Below, piece by piece: positions 39,561 to 53,756 of a DNA stretch of 64,000 bases. Source of the DNA: the human T2T-CHM13v2.0 reference genome, Homo sapiens; the NCBI RefSeq assembly GCF_009914755.1, contig NC_060927.1. One strand, given 5' to 3'. A model generated the notes under the pieces. It did not search any database. It saw only the letters and a list, made by a program, of their open reading frames with translations, and was not told the origin of the DNA. A program made the position numbers and the translations under genes. Positions within the stretch are counted from its first letter, which is position 1; each line of letters opens with the position of its first letter.

Positions 39561-42424
39561 CTACCACCACATTTTCTTGATATTTTGGTTTATATTTTTA
39601 TTTTCTCTGGGCGTTTTATTTTGTTCCAGTTAAATTTTGTTTGGGTTTCTTATTTTGTGCTTAATTTCTAGGAAGAGAAAAAGACATGTTAAATTTAGAA
39701 CCCCCATATTCAAAGCAGACATAAAACTAACTTTACATGTTTGAACCAGGAGAAGATAAAACATGTAATTTTAAAATTTTGTTGAGATGATCACATTTTA
39801 AAATTAATATTGTAATGAGTACTTTACCTTCATATCAAATGCCATCATCTAAATATCTAAAATATTTTTTATATCTGAGTTTCTTATTCTAAGAGAAGCC
39901 ATAAAATATGGGTAAGCATTTTGACATCTAGCACTGCAAAAGTAAAAAACTTTGCTTTACAACATATCCTTGTTAGATTATATATAGGGTAATCACATCA
40001 TAGATTTTGAAATTAATCTCATCATGTTCAGAGTAGATCTTGTATAACCCTCCTGAATTTCAACAGTGTGCCTCACATAGCTTATCAGACAGAATTATTC
40101 TTGTATAAGTTTTCATGAGACACCACAAATTCAGGATATTTCTACATTTCTCTAGAATGAAATCATCTGAAACCCATTCTTCTACTGAAAATAGAATTTC
40201 AATCTGACTCACCCAGTTTTCTAATGATTCACAGTTTCATAAATTTGTTGATTGAATTCAATAGGTTTATAAACAGTGTAAAAGTAATTGGCCCCAAAAG
40301 AGACTCAAAGTTTGACCATGGTCTCTATAACAAAGCCGCTAGCATTTTCCAGAGTTGGGATAGTGATAAAACAAAATAAACACAAAAATAATGGCATATG
40401 TCTTATATGTGTAAACAAACTAAATGATATTTAAAGTAGTTTAAACAAAATATAATAGTCTCTTAATCACATGTGGCAGATACCATCACTCAAAAATTCT
40501 AAGAGTACATTAACAGCCTGATTAAATAATTTAGTGGTCACTTATTGGACTGAAAGGCCCTAAGATTTATTTCTTTCCATCTCTATGTGCCATATTACTA
40601 GGGAAGACAACCCAGGCTCAGTGGAATCATGAAGCAAGGAATCAATTTCCTTTCCCTAAGAAAAGAAGCCCACAAAATATTTGTACTCACTTACAAACTT
40701 AGCCAAAAGGAAAACAGTATAAATTACTAAGGCTAAACAAAACAATGGATCCTTTCTTCAGTAGCACAATGGAGAAGAAGAAAATTCCATTCTATAGAAC
40801 TAATCAGGTCTAGAAAAAATATAATAAATCAAAGAAATAAGAAAAAGTAAAAATAAAGAAATTTTAACACATAATTTTTATGTAAGTGTTTCATTATCAA
40901 AAATCCCTTGTTTCTAATAACTACATAATGTTGGGAATGAAAGACAAGGAATGTTAGAATTGCAGAAGTAAACCTTTGATATTAAGCTATACCTGATACC
41001 TATTACATCTTAACAAATCCAGAGTAATTCTGAAAATAGTTTCTATATTAAATATAATTACTTGTTTTATATAAGACACTATATTTTTAAAAAACAAATT
41101 TGAATTGAGTTTAATTTTAATTTTTAATTACATTTATGAAATTGAATTTTCATTTTCACTAAGCCTTGTCCTTGAAAAGAAATTCATTATATGCTTATTG
41201 CATAAAAGATACAATTAGAGCTAAATGCTTAATGTTTAGCTATTTAAGAAAATAACACTTCACTAATTACTTTTAATCTGTTAGTAAAAGACAATAGATA
41301 ATAGGTGTGATTGGAACCACCATATTTATAGAATTCTCTAAAATATTATTTGCTTACACTGAGCTTACTTTAAGCACGAGATTTTCAAACATAGAAAGTT
41401 ATTTTGAAATATACACAAAAAGATAAATGTCAAGGTAAAGGAGTGAACTTATGAGCTGACAATGTAGTATGTTAAACACACTTCTGAATGTTTTAATTAC
41501 ATTTTCTGATTCAATAAATCAAGTGGGAAATAAATATTTTAAATCAAGATTAATAATAAAACCCTCCAGTAGTGAGTGTTAAGCACAATTTAGAAAATAT
41601 ATGTATATTTATATATGATTATTTATAATACTCTCCATTTAATCTCCTTCAGATTTCTAAGGACATAAAAATGACGCTTCAAAGAACACTGGACTCTGGA
41701 TATTAACTAGTTTGCATTTTTAATTTTGCCAGTAAACAGAATGAAACATAAAGCTTATAAATCATTAGTGAAATCTGTCCACATTATAAGTGACCAATTA
41801 AATACAATTCCTTTTTGCTTCTGTGGTTTACTGTGTTATTACAGTTACCTTCCTGACATTAACTATTTTTATTTTCACCTTATAAATAAATGTGCTCATT
41901 TCTAGTTTCAGCTTTAACATGTAAAGAGCTTACAATTTCCTGTTCTTAGAAGAAAAAGCTCACTGTTTCTGGATACATTCAAGAACTGAGGTCATAGAGC
42001 AAATCACCATTCCCAAAATCTGAAAAGATAGGAGCATCCTGGCATATACAACTATATATATATAATATATATAATATATTATAGAAATATATAAAAAAGT
42101 AAATTGATAATCTTTATGAAGTTTGGTAGTATCTATTAAATTTTAGAACACTTTGACCTAGAAATTTTAATTCTATGAATTTATCAAGGAAATGTAGTAC
42201 TAATAATAAGTTGCAGTTTCTAGTAGGTTTACTGGAGTAAGTTTTATATCAAAGAGAAAAATATAATTAAAAGATGCTTAATATTCCAAAATGATTTTGT
42301 TCTATGGTGATTAATCTGGAAAATAGTTATATTTTAAACTAAAAAATCCAATTGCAAAAATAAAATGTATAGTGGATCCCGTTCTTATAGAAATACAGCA
42401 TGAAAATGAATGAACAGAGCACAA

Positions 42425-43245
42425 ACATTTATTTTATTAATTGACATAATTATACATATTTATGGGTTACAATTTGATATATGGATACATATACATATCT
42501 TCTAATAATCAAATGTTAAAACTCACACATCTATCACTTAAAACATTCATCATTTCTTTTTTGTAGAAACATACAAAATCTACTCTTTTACCTGTTTGAG
42601 ACATAAAATACCTTATTTTTACTATAATCACCCTGCTATGCATGACTAATGAACACTTATCCTTTCCTTTTAATTGTAACTTTGTACCCGTTAACCATCC
42701 TCTTGCATCTCCCCTACCTGCCCCTCCCTAGTCTCTGGTAGTTACTGTTCTATTTATTACTTCTATGAGAGTAATTTTTTTAGATTTCACATATGAATGA
42801 GAACATGTGGCATTGGTCATTCCATGTCTGGCTTATTCCACGTAACTCTATGTCCTCCAGTTTCATCTATGTTGTTGCAAAGGACAAAATTCCATTTTTT
42901 AATGGCTGAATAGTACTTTAATGTTTATATATCACATTTTCTTTATTCGTTCATTGGATGAACACAAGTTAATTTCATGTGTTGACTACTGTGAATAGTG
43001 TAACAATAAATATGGGACTTCAGGTATTTCTTCAACATACTGATTTCATTTCCTTTCAATATATACCCAGTGACGAGATTTCTGAATCATATATAGTTCT
43101 GTTTTTTTTTTTTTTGGAACTTCTCTACTGTTTTTTATAATGGCTACAATAATTTACATTTTCACCAACACCGTGTTGTGGCTCCCTTTTCTTCACATCC
43201 TCACCAACACTTGCTATGTTTTCTCTTTTGAGTAATAGCCACAAA
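42425..43245 (-). mobile_element. L1MA (L1MA8/9-like) 3' end
   Basis: 'ttgacataattatacatatttatggg...ctgtaactttgtacccgttaacc...gtaatagcca'. Confidence 0.85.
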
Positions 43246-44529
43246 TTACTAATATTTTAACTCAAATTCTAAACTGTGATTATTGTGAATTTATATAATT
43301 AATTTGAGGCAGAGGGACACTTTCAAATATAAATGTAAAGAATTACACATGGAAAGATATGCTCAAATGTGAACATTATTTTTGTGTATACACTAATGAT
43401 TAACATGTCAAATGACTGTATTCTTGGGCAAGGATTTGCCTTGTCAGTCAGCCAAAATGATCTGAGAATGGATTGTAGGCCAGATACTAAGTAACATAAT
43501 ATTATCTTTAGAATATACTTTTTCTTCTTTAGAATTAAATAGTTTAGTAAATTATGTTACCTTGCAGCTTCCTTTTTGCTAATTAGTAGTGCAAAGAAAG
43601 AAAGCAACATTTCAACTAATGTGAATGGAATCTATGTGCAAATTTTTATGCTAAGCAGTAGTTGATTCAAAAATAAAACAGACTCAACTTCTAACATTGG
43701 AGAAATAAATAGACCACTAAGAGCAGTTAAATAAGCATGTTCCAACGTATGTCATGAATAAAACTTGCCATTAGCAAAGCAGTCTGAAAAGAAATGAGAG
43801 GAAACAATTTCATTCAGCAAGTACTAATTAGGAGATTCGCCTCCATGATAAAATGGTAAGGCTGTGACTGGTCACAGACCCTCAAAAGACCTTTCCATTC
43901 TTTTAATTAGCTGTCCAGCTCTTCTCAGTGTGAAAGGATGCACGTCTCATATTGGCTGCTTGCTCATTTTCTTGCCTATATAAAATACTGGCAAATGACA
44001 TTTATTAAATTAAGTTATTCTAACCAAACATGCTGCCTGTTGCATTATATGAAAGGATGTTTTTTAATTTAACTGTTTTTCTGTGGGATGGGGCTATATT
44101 TTTTACATGTAAGAATTGACTCAAAGATATAATAAACTAAAAATACAAGAGGTTTGGTTTATATAAGCTATTTTTAACTTACTTTTTAGATTTTCAGAGT
44201 TTCCCATCTCCATTAAAAAAATACATCTATTAATTTAAAAAACCATCCAGCTTTGAGATTCTGCCTCCTTTGAAGTTTGCACTCACAGTTCCAATTCTAG
44301 GTTTTCACAATTATATTGATTTAAGTGGCAGGTGTTTAATCTGCTGCAATGCCACATTTCAGAGCACATGATTTTATTTCACTTGTACACCAAAGCTTCA
44401 AAAACAATCACTGAATATTAACTCATTCATAAGCACGACAATTCTTATAACTGGGATTCTAACATGAGCCTATTTTGTTGATCTACTTCTCATGTTCTTT
44501 TTCTTCTTTTTTCTTATTTTCCGTTGAAC

Positions 44530-45541
44530 CAGTTTGGCAGTTAAGATTCTGGTGTCTATCTATGGATAGCATTTTGACTACAATGTCAAATGGCTGGTTG
44601 CTTTTTCTTCCAAATATCAGTAGTCCAGATCCTCTGTCTTTGCAATAATCAGCATAGTAACATTTGGGTGAAAGAACATCTGAATTAGTGTGAGTCAGAT
44701 CTAAGTCTAATTCTCCACTCTGGTCTCTAGTTGTGAGAACAAGCTCTAGGATGATGGGTGTATCACTTAGCATTCAGTAAAGGAAAAAAGAAACCATACC
44801 AATTCTTCTAAAAGACAGAAATCAATATTTTAAAATGTGTCAATTAGATAAAATTATTAACTAGATGACTTCAAAGATAAGAAGATAACCTTAAGGTATT
44901 ACAGAGGTGGCAAATGCAGGGAGTAGGTACCCTCCTAGATTTGAAAAAGTTGGTAAGAGGGTGGAAAATTTAGGAATGAAGAGCGGTACTTTATGGAGCT
45001 CAAACTGTCCTTCGAGGAGAAGGTATTACTTTTTCCATGAGGTATCTCAACTCCGAGGAGCCTCGTTGGCTTGGGACATAGACCTTAGAAGAAGAGGCAC
45101 AAGCTGGCTAGTGCTAACATCTTGAATATAAGTGTCTGTGAGAGTTGTAAAACATGCAATTGGATTCATCTCCCGCCACAGAAAAGAACTGATATGAAGG
45201 ATGAGTAAGCATTGGTGGAGTGATACTCCGAAGAATGAAGTCAGAAAGCCCACAGAAAATGCATACAAAGCTGAAAGGGAATGGAAAGAAACTTTTTTCC
45301 TCTGTAGCTTTCCAGTCTTCCTTGAGGATCCCCTATTTTCAGATACTAACAAGGAGCCATCTGGAAAAACAAAACTATGGTTTGCAGCAAACAAGTATGA
45401 AACTCTCTAAAACTGATGTTATTTTCATCATACATTACTACACTGATTATTACAAAGACAGGGAACATAGATTAATATTAGGAAGAAAGATATCCAGCCA
45501 TTTGACATTGTAGTAGTTTATCCAGAATTTAGCTGCAAAAT
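44530..45541. repeat. Diverged inverted repeat: arms ~44530-44696 and ~45402-45541, spacer ~700 bp
   Basis: actacaatgtcaaatggctgg (left) is the exact reverse complement of ccagccatttgacattgtagt (right). ctgtctttgcaataatcag pairs with ctgattattacaaagacag. Confidence 0.85.
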
Positions 45542-45979
45542 TCTATGCAGCATCACAGAGCAGAGTATAGAAAGGTGAAGGTTGGAAGCTGAGAGATTAA
45601 TAACTTAAAACTTGTCACAATAGGGATAATATGATGTGTTTAGAAATAAAGAATAGATAACTTATGACATGTAATATATAATATACATAATGGCAGACAC
45701 TCAGTGTGTGAAAATCGTGCTACTGATAATAATGATGATGATGTTGGTGGTAATAAACTGAACATCCTGATTCTTTGCCTGGAGATTATTATAACCTTTA
45801 AAAATATTCAACCCTGACATTAGATGGTTCCCTCCTTCAGCACCAGCATTAATTTTCTTGAACTTTCTATACGTTATCTTGCTGTAAGTAACCATCTGTG
45901 TTCTAACATATTTAAATAAGAAAACTAGGGAGAATTAAGAATATATAAAACATATAAATAATAAAATACTACCTAATAA

Positions 45980-46670
45980 AGTCAGAGAGAGTTTGTGTCT
46001 TGCAGTTCTTTCGGCTGAAATCCATTTGTTATTATCCATAATATAACTAGTCACATTGTGTGGTGATAAGTTGTAGTATAGGAACATTCTATAATCTGCC
46101 AGTGAAGTCTATTAAATCTCAGTCTTATAGTGGATATGTGTGCCAGGGCTGTGACATTCACAAATGTATCTTTATTCATGTAGATTTCTTCCCTCTGCCT
46201 GCTTCTTCTTCTGACTAAAGCATTCTCAATCTATATCCTTGCAGTCCCACACTTGTTGATCATTGCCAACCCCACCAGATGAGACAGAAAATTTGAAGGT
46301 GACTGGAACGGAGAAGAATGTCCTTCCTCAGTTATGAGTAAGTTTCACAATTGTCCTCTGTCAAGGTGCTTTAACCTGGAGAGTAGGCTTTTTTATGTAG
46401 AAGACTCTATGTGTATTTTACATCAGTTACTTTCCCCCTGTGCCAGCCATAGCCTATAGGGGATCTTTCTTTGATCAACATTGTAACCTGATATGGTTTC
46501 AGGAGAGAAAGCCCATGAAAGTATGGGGGCTCCCCTAAGACTGTGATCTCAGGAATTCCTTACTCTGAAGCTGTTCCATCCTTATCGTCCAGCAATTTAT
46601 AGTTATCATTTAAGTGTTTCTACCAGTTGTAGCTTCAGTGGCTTCTGCTCCAGGTAAGCAGGTCTTAGTA
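45980..46670 (-). mobile_element. Old L1M 5'-region fragment
   Basis: 'gtgccagggctgtgacattcacaaatg' and 'gagagaaagcccatgaaagt' resemble antisense L1MC/MD 5' sequence. Confidence 0.4.
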
Positions 46671-49600
46671 TGTATATGAAAATGTTTTAATCTTTTTTTC
46701 CACAATTATTATTATAGGATTATGAATTATGTAGCTTGTAAAATAGCTTAGAAACCATAGAGCCCAACACCTCACTTAATCAGAAATTTTGTTTAACTTC
46801 TACAAGTCAACTATTACTTAATGCAGTTGTTCTATTTATACTGTTGTTAGCAAAAGATAACTGAGCAAATTGATTTTTATCTGATCATTTAAAATCACTA
46901 ACTCTATCTACACATGTGTGTGTTTATGTGTGTGTGCATATTTTAAGTAGCTTGTCTCCACAGTACCTGAATATATAAATCGTATTTTAAATAATAACTA
47001 ATCTTGAAGTCATCTATGATATGCAAATAAATGTAGCTTAATGGAGGAATGCAAAACCATAGTAAAAATTTTCAAATATTTGCCCTATGGAAGTTAGTTT
47101 TTAAATATAAATGAGTAGAGAAATATTGTACATATATACTATTTGAAGGTTTCCTTTGTTTTTTTCTTGATACGATGTTATAAAAGGATTATTGAGAATT
47201 ATTAATTTGTCATGTACATATAATAGTAATAGAGTTAACTAGCATTGTATTTGTTCAACAAATATATATACTTATTGAACACTATGAATCATATTAATTC
47301 AGACATTTGATAAAAATTAGACACCTAGTATATATAAAATCTTTGGTTTTGAAAGTAAGTATAGAATTATATGCCAGTACAAAGGCATGAATATTGCCCT
47401 TATACTTTTATGTACATTATTTAAATCACAAAAAAAAGAATTTAAAATTTCAGTTAGAATGTGAATTATAAAGCATTGTTTTTTTGCTTGTATTTTCCTG
47501 TTGAGTACATCTTTATATATATACCAGTTGTCTGTGTGGAAACTATCTTTTGAGATGTGCCTATTTATGTCTTTGGCCCAGTGGTCTTTGGTATTTTTGG
47601 TCATTTTTTAATTGATTTATAAGACTTTCATATACATATACTGAAAAGAAACTTTTGTTGGTTATATATGTTTGTTTCACTATTCATGTTTTCCATAAAA
47701 TAAGTGTTTAATACATAATAATTAAATAAATTTTAAAAATATTTAATTTTTCCAGCAACATTAATTTAGTAGACTATTATTTTCTTAATATGCTGTAATA
47801 ACATCTCTGAAATATAACATAGCACTTTAAAATTCTCAGTTTTTCACAAATGATGTACCTTGTACCAATACAAAATTTTAAAATTATTATGTCTTTACTT
47901 GCTATACTTATATCCTCTGCCATATCTCCTTCTTCTTAATTTCTATTTCCCTTCTTTTTCTTATTTTTATTCTTCTTTTTCTTATCATCTACTTTCTAAT
48001 TTTCTTTCTTCCCTTCTATTCCCTATATTCCCCTGGCTATCCTTAACCCTTACACTTCTTTCTGAATTTTAAAGTCAGCATATATTTTATTTAAAAAACC
48101 CTGTAGAAATTATATAGAAATTTTATTAAAAATCACCCTTAATTTGTAGATTAATTTAGGGACAATTTCCATCTACATTACATTTAGTCATGTATCCATG
48201 TCCATGATATATCTCTATTTATTTAAGTCTTGTTATTTCCTCCAATATTTTTTTCTAATTTTTTTTCTGTAATGTTTTGACAAATCAGTCCCAGCTTATT
48301 TGTTTTCAATTTTAATTTACGGAAGATAAACAATTTAAAATCAAAAGTGTGTTTTAGTATGATACTCTCAAAACTAAATATAAAATTTTAATTTAAAACA
48401 TTTTTGAGAACTTCTAATCTGGACAATGGCATAGACCTGTTTCTTTTTCTCACCCAATAAGTGTAAATCCTAGAAATAATGCAAAAGAAAACCAAAGGAG
48501 AACTCTAGGTGGTAGAAAGAGGGATGCAAACTGAAGTGAGACCCCAGAACTTCAGGAATAACATAAAAGCAAGGGTTTTTTTGTTTGTTTGGTTTGGTTT
48601 GATTTTGTTTTTGTCCCTGTACCCAATGGAAGAAGGCAATCCAGGCCTGACATTTTCTGATCCAAAATTTAACAATGGAAGGCATCTTAAGTAGGTTCAT
48701 TCCTTTCTAGGATGGAACTGGAGTCCCACAGAAACACCAGAGAAGCCTTACCTCACCACCAACCATGTAAGACCTTAGCAAATAAATAGAAGTTGTGATC
48801 AAAAAGAAACAAAAGTAAATTATAGAACTTCAAAAATATAATAACAGACATTTAAAAAGAAACATGCTGCATGGACTCAATAGTAGACACAGAATGACAG
48901 ACAATGAAATTAGCAAAGATGAGGAAAAATCAATAGAGTTTACCCAATCTAATAACAGAGAAAACAGATTTACAAAAAGTGAAGAGACTCAAGCACCTGT
49001 GAAGACCTAACAAATGATCCTATATTTTATCACAAAAATCTCAGAAAGAGAAATGAAAAAGAATTGGGCTGAAAGAGTGTTTGAAGAAAATGACCAATAA
49101 TTTCCAAATTTGGTAAAATACAGAAGAGATTTTTAAGAAGCTAAGCAAATGTCAAACAGGAACAATTCAAAGAATTCTATGCCAAGACATATCACAATTC
49201 AAACTTCGAAAAAAAGAAGACATAAAAAATGCTGAAAGCAGGAGAGAAATCAATCATTAACTACGGGGGACACCAATTTTATAACAAAGGATTTTTAATT
49301 TGAATCCAACGAAGCCAGAAGAAAAGAAAAAACTTTCAAGCCAGAATTCTTATCTAGTAAAGTAATATTTTCAGGATGAAGTTGAAATAAAGACACTCTT
49401 AGATAAAGAAAATATAAAAGAATTTGTTGTTAACAGACTTACCCTGAAAAACTGGCCAATGGAAAGAAATATGAATTCATGCAATTATATATCTTATGAT
49501 ATTCAGCACAATATGTGGGATGCAGCAAAAACAGTGTTGAAAACGTATAGCAATAAATGCTTATATTAGAAACATGAAAGGGCCTCAAATCAGTAGGTTA

Positions 49601-51404
49601 AGTTGCAATCTCAATAAACTAGAAAAAAAAAAGCAAAAAAGTAAAAGGGAATAGCAAACATAAAAGTAGATATCAATATAATTAAAATAGGAAAATGAAG
49701 AAAATCACTAAAAATAAAGCTAGTTATTAAAAATAAATAAATGAAATTGATAAACTTCTAGAAACACTGTCGAAAAGAAAAAGAGAGAAGATACAAATCA
49801 CCCATATGTAGATTAAAATAGGAAATACTGTGACAAATTCTGAAGTCAATAAAAATAATGGAATACTATAAAAAATGGTTTATGATTCAAAATCTTAGGA
49901 GAAATGAATCAATTTCTTGAAAGCCGCTGTGTTAATCCATTCTCACATTGTTATAATGAACTACCTGAGATTGGATAATTAATAAAGAAAAGAGGTTTAA
50001 TTGACTCACAGCTCCTCAGGCTGTACAGAAGCATGGCTGGGAGACCTCAGGAAACATACAATCACAGCAGAAGGTGAAGTGGAAGAAAGCATGTCCTACA
50101 TGACTTGAACAGGCAGAAGAGAGCAAACGGGGAGGTGCTACACAAATTTAAACAACCAAATCTCATGATTACTCACTCACGATCATAAGAACAGCAAGGG
50201 GGAAATTCACCCCCATGATCCAATCACCTCCCACCTGGCCCCTCTTCCAACACTGGGGATTACAATTTGACAGGAGATTTAAGCAGGGACACAAATACAA
50301 ATCATACCGTTCTGCCCAGGCCCCTCCCAAATCTCATCTCCTTTTCACAGGGCAAAATACAACCATCCTTTCTCAACAGTACCCCAAGTCTTAACTCATT
50401 TCAACATTAACTTGAAAGTCCACAGTCCAGAGTTTCATCTAATACAAGTCAAGTCCCTTCTGTCTATGAGCCTGTAAAGCCAAAAATAAGTTAGTTACTT
50501 CCAGGATACAATACAGGTACAGGCATTGGGTAAATACACCTGTTACAAAAGGGAGAAGTAAACCAAAACAAAGTGGTTATAGGCCCCATGCGAGTCCAAA
50601 ACCCAGCAGGGCAGTCATTCAATCTCCAAGTTCCAAAATCATCTCCTTTGACTTCGTGTCTTACATCCAGGCTGCACTGATGCAAAGGGTGTGCTCCCAA
50701 GGCCTTTGGCATATCCTTCTCTGTGGCTCTGCAGGGTACGGGCTCCATAGCTGCTTTTGTGGACTGGATTTTAGCGCAGAGGTTTTTCTAGGCACATGGT
50801 GCAAGCTGTTAGTGGTTCTACTATTCTGGGGTCTGGAGGATAGTGGCCCTTTTCCCACAGCTCCTTTAGGCAGTGCTCCAGTGAAGACTCTGTGTGTGGG
50901 TTCCAGCCCACATTTCCCCTCTGCTCTACCCTAGTAGAGGTACACAGCGAAGACCCGGCCCCTGTAGCAGACTTCTGCCTGGACATCCAGGCTTTTCCAT
51001 ACAACCTCTGAAATCGAGTCAGTGGTTCCCAAGCCTCAACTCTTGTCCTCTTGTCTTCTGTGCACCCACATGAAAGCTCCCAAGGCTTACAGCTTGACCC
51101 ATTGGAGCATCAGAATGAGACATATCTAGGACGCTTTTCGCCATGACTGAAGCTGGAGTGGCTGGGATGCAGGGAGTAGTGTCCTCAGGTTGAGCAGAGC
51201 AGCAGGGTCCTGGGCTGGCCTGGCCTACAAAACCATTCTTCCCTTCTAGGCCTCAAGGCCTGTGATGGGAGGGGCTGCTGTGAAGGTCTCTGAAATGTCT
51301 TCAAGGCATTTTCTCCATTGTCTTAGCTATTAATATTCAGGCCCTCTTTACTTATGCAAATACCTGCAGCGGGCTTGAATTCCTCCCCAGAAAATGGGTT
51401 TTCT

Positions 51405-51638
<234 letters not shown>

Positions 51639-52266
51639 TAACCAAATACTTTCAGAATAAGCCTCTTGAATGCTTTCCTGCTTAGAAATCTCTTCCACCA
51701 GATGATACCTTAAGTCATTTCTCTCAAGTTCAAAGTTCCACAGATCTCTAGGGTAAGGGCACAATGCCACCAGTCTCTTTGCTAAAACACAACAAGAGAC
51801 ACCTTTACTCCAGTTCCCAATAAGTTCCTCATCTCCATCTGAGACCACCTCAGCCTGAACTTTATTGTCCATATCACTATCAGCATTTTGGTCATAACAA
51901 TTTTACAAGACTCTAGGAAGTTGCAAAATTTCTCTCATCTTCCTGTTTTTTTTCTGAGCCTTTCAAACTGTTCTAACCTCTGCCCATTACCCACTTCCAA
52001 AGCTGCTTCCAAATTTCAGGTATCTTTATAGAAATGCTCTATTCCTAGGTACCAATTTTCTGTATTAGGCTGTTCTCACATGGCTATAAAGAACTACCTG
52101 AGACTAGGCCATAAAGAAAATATGTTTAGTTAACTCTCAGTTCCTCAGTCTGTACAGGAAACATGGCTGGGGAGACCTCAGGAAATTTACAATCATGGTA
52201 GGAGGCAAAGAGGAAAGAGGCACAGCCTACTTGGCTGGAGCAGGAAGAAGAGAGCAAATGGGGTGA

Positions 52267-53756
52267 TGCTACACACTTTTTTTTTTTTCTTAGCTAATAT
52301 GTACTTATTTATTTGAATTAGTTGAATTGCTTGCAGTAAAAATGTTATGGACTGAATGTGTCCTTTTTTTTTTTTTTTTTCAAATTTTCTTTTTCTTTTT
52401 TTTTTTTTTTTTATTGATCATTCTTGGGTGTTTCTCACAGAGGGGGATTTGGCAGGGTCATAGGACAATAGTGAAGGGAAGGTCAGCAGATAAACAAGTG
52501 AACAAAGGTCTCTGGTTTTCCTAGGCAGAGGACCCGGCGGCCTTCCGCAGTGTTTGTGTCCCTGGGTACTTGAGATTAGGGAGTGGTGATGACTCTTAAC
52601 GAGCCTGCTGCCTTCAAGCATCTGTTTAACAAAGCACATCTTGCACCGCCCTTAATCCATTGAACCCTGAGTGGACACAGCACATGTTTCAGAGAGCACA
52701 GGGTTGGGGGTAAGGTCATAGATCAACAGGATCCCAAGGCTGAAGAATTTTTCTTAGTACAGAACAAAATGAAAAGTCTCCCATGTCTACCTCTTTCTAC
52801 ACAGACACAGCAACCATCTGATTTCTCAATCTTTTCCCCACCTTTCCCCCTTTTCTATTCCACAAAACCGCCATTGTCATCATGGCCTGTTCTCAATGAG
52901 CTGTTCGGTACACCTCCTAGACGGGGTGGTGGCCAGGCAGAGGGGCTCCTCACTTCCCAGTAGGGGCGGCCGGGCAGAGGCGCCCCTCACCTCCCAGATG
53001 GGGCGGCTGGCTGGGCGGGGGGCTGACCCCCCCCACCTCCTTCCAGATAGGGCGGCTGGCTGGGCAGGGGTCTGACCCCCCCCACCTCCCCCAGCCGCCT
53101 GCCTTGGCCTCCCAAAGTGCCGAGATTGCAGCCTCTGCCCGGCCGCCACCCCATCTGGGAAGTGAGGAGCACCTCTGCCTGGCTGCCCAGTCTGGAAAGT
53201 GAGGAGCGTCTCTGCCCAGCCGCCATCCTGTTTAGGAAGTGAGGAGCGTCTCTGCCCGGCTGCCCATCGTATGAGATGAAGTGAGGAGCGTCTCTGCCCG
53301 GCCGCCCATCATCTGAGATATGGGGAGCGCCTCTGCCCTGCCACCCCGTCTGGGATGTGAGGAGCGCCTCTGCCCGGCCGTGACCCCGTCTGGGAGGTGA
53401 GGAGCGTCTCTGCCCGGCCACCCCATCTGAGAAGTGAGGAGACCCTCCGCCCGGCAGCCGCCCCATCTGGGAAGTGAGGAGCGTCTCCGCCCAGCAGCCA
53501 CCCCATCCGGGAGGGAGGTGGGGGGCTCAGCCCCCCACCCGGCCAGCCGCCCCATCCAGGAGGGAGGTGGGGGTTCAACCCCCCACCCGGCCAGCCGCCC
53601 CGTCCGGGAGGGAGGTGGGGGGGGTCAGCCCCCGCCCGGCCAGCCGCCCCACCCCGGAGGGAGGTGGGGTGGTCAGCCCCCCGCCCGGCCAGCCGCCCCA
53701 TCCGGGAGGGAGGTGAGGGGTTCAGCCCGCCGCCCGGCCAGCTGCTACACACTTTT
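52267..53756 (-). mobile_element. SVA (C/D-like), 5'-truncated and 5'-inverted, with 3' transduction
   Basis: TSD tgctacacactttt at 52267-52280 and 53743-53756. Antisense SINE-R from ~52410, antisense VNTR to ~53090, then sense Alu-like end plus VNTR at 53091-53742. Confidence 0.97.

Noticed and set aside
44483-45513. Similar peptides on opposite strands suggesting paralogous genes
   Set aside because: Explained by the DNA inverted repeat; the similarity is confined to the arms.
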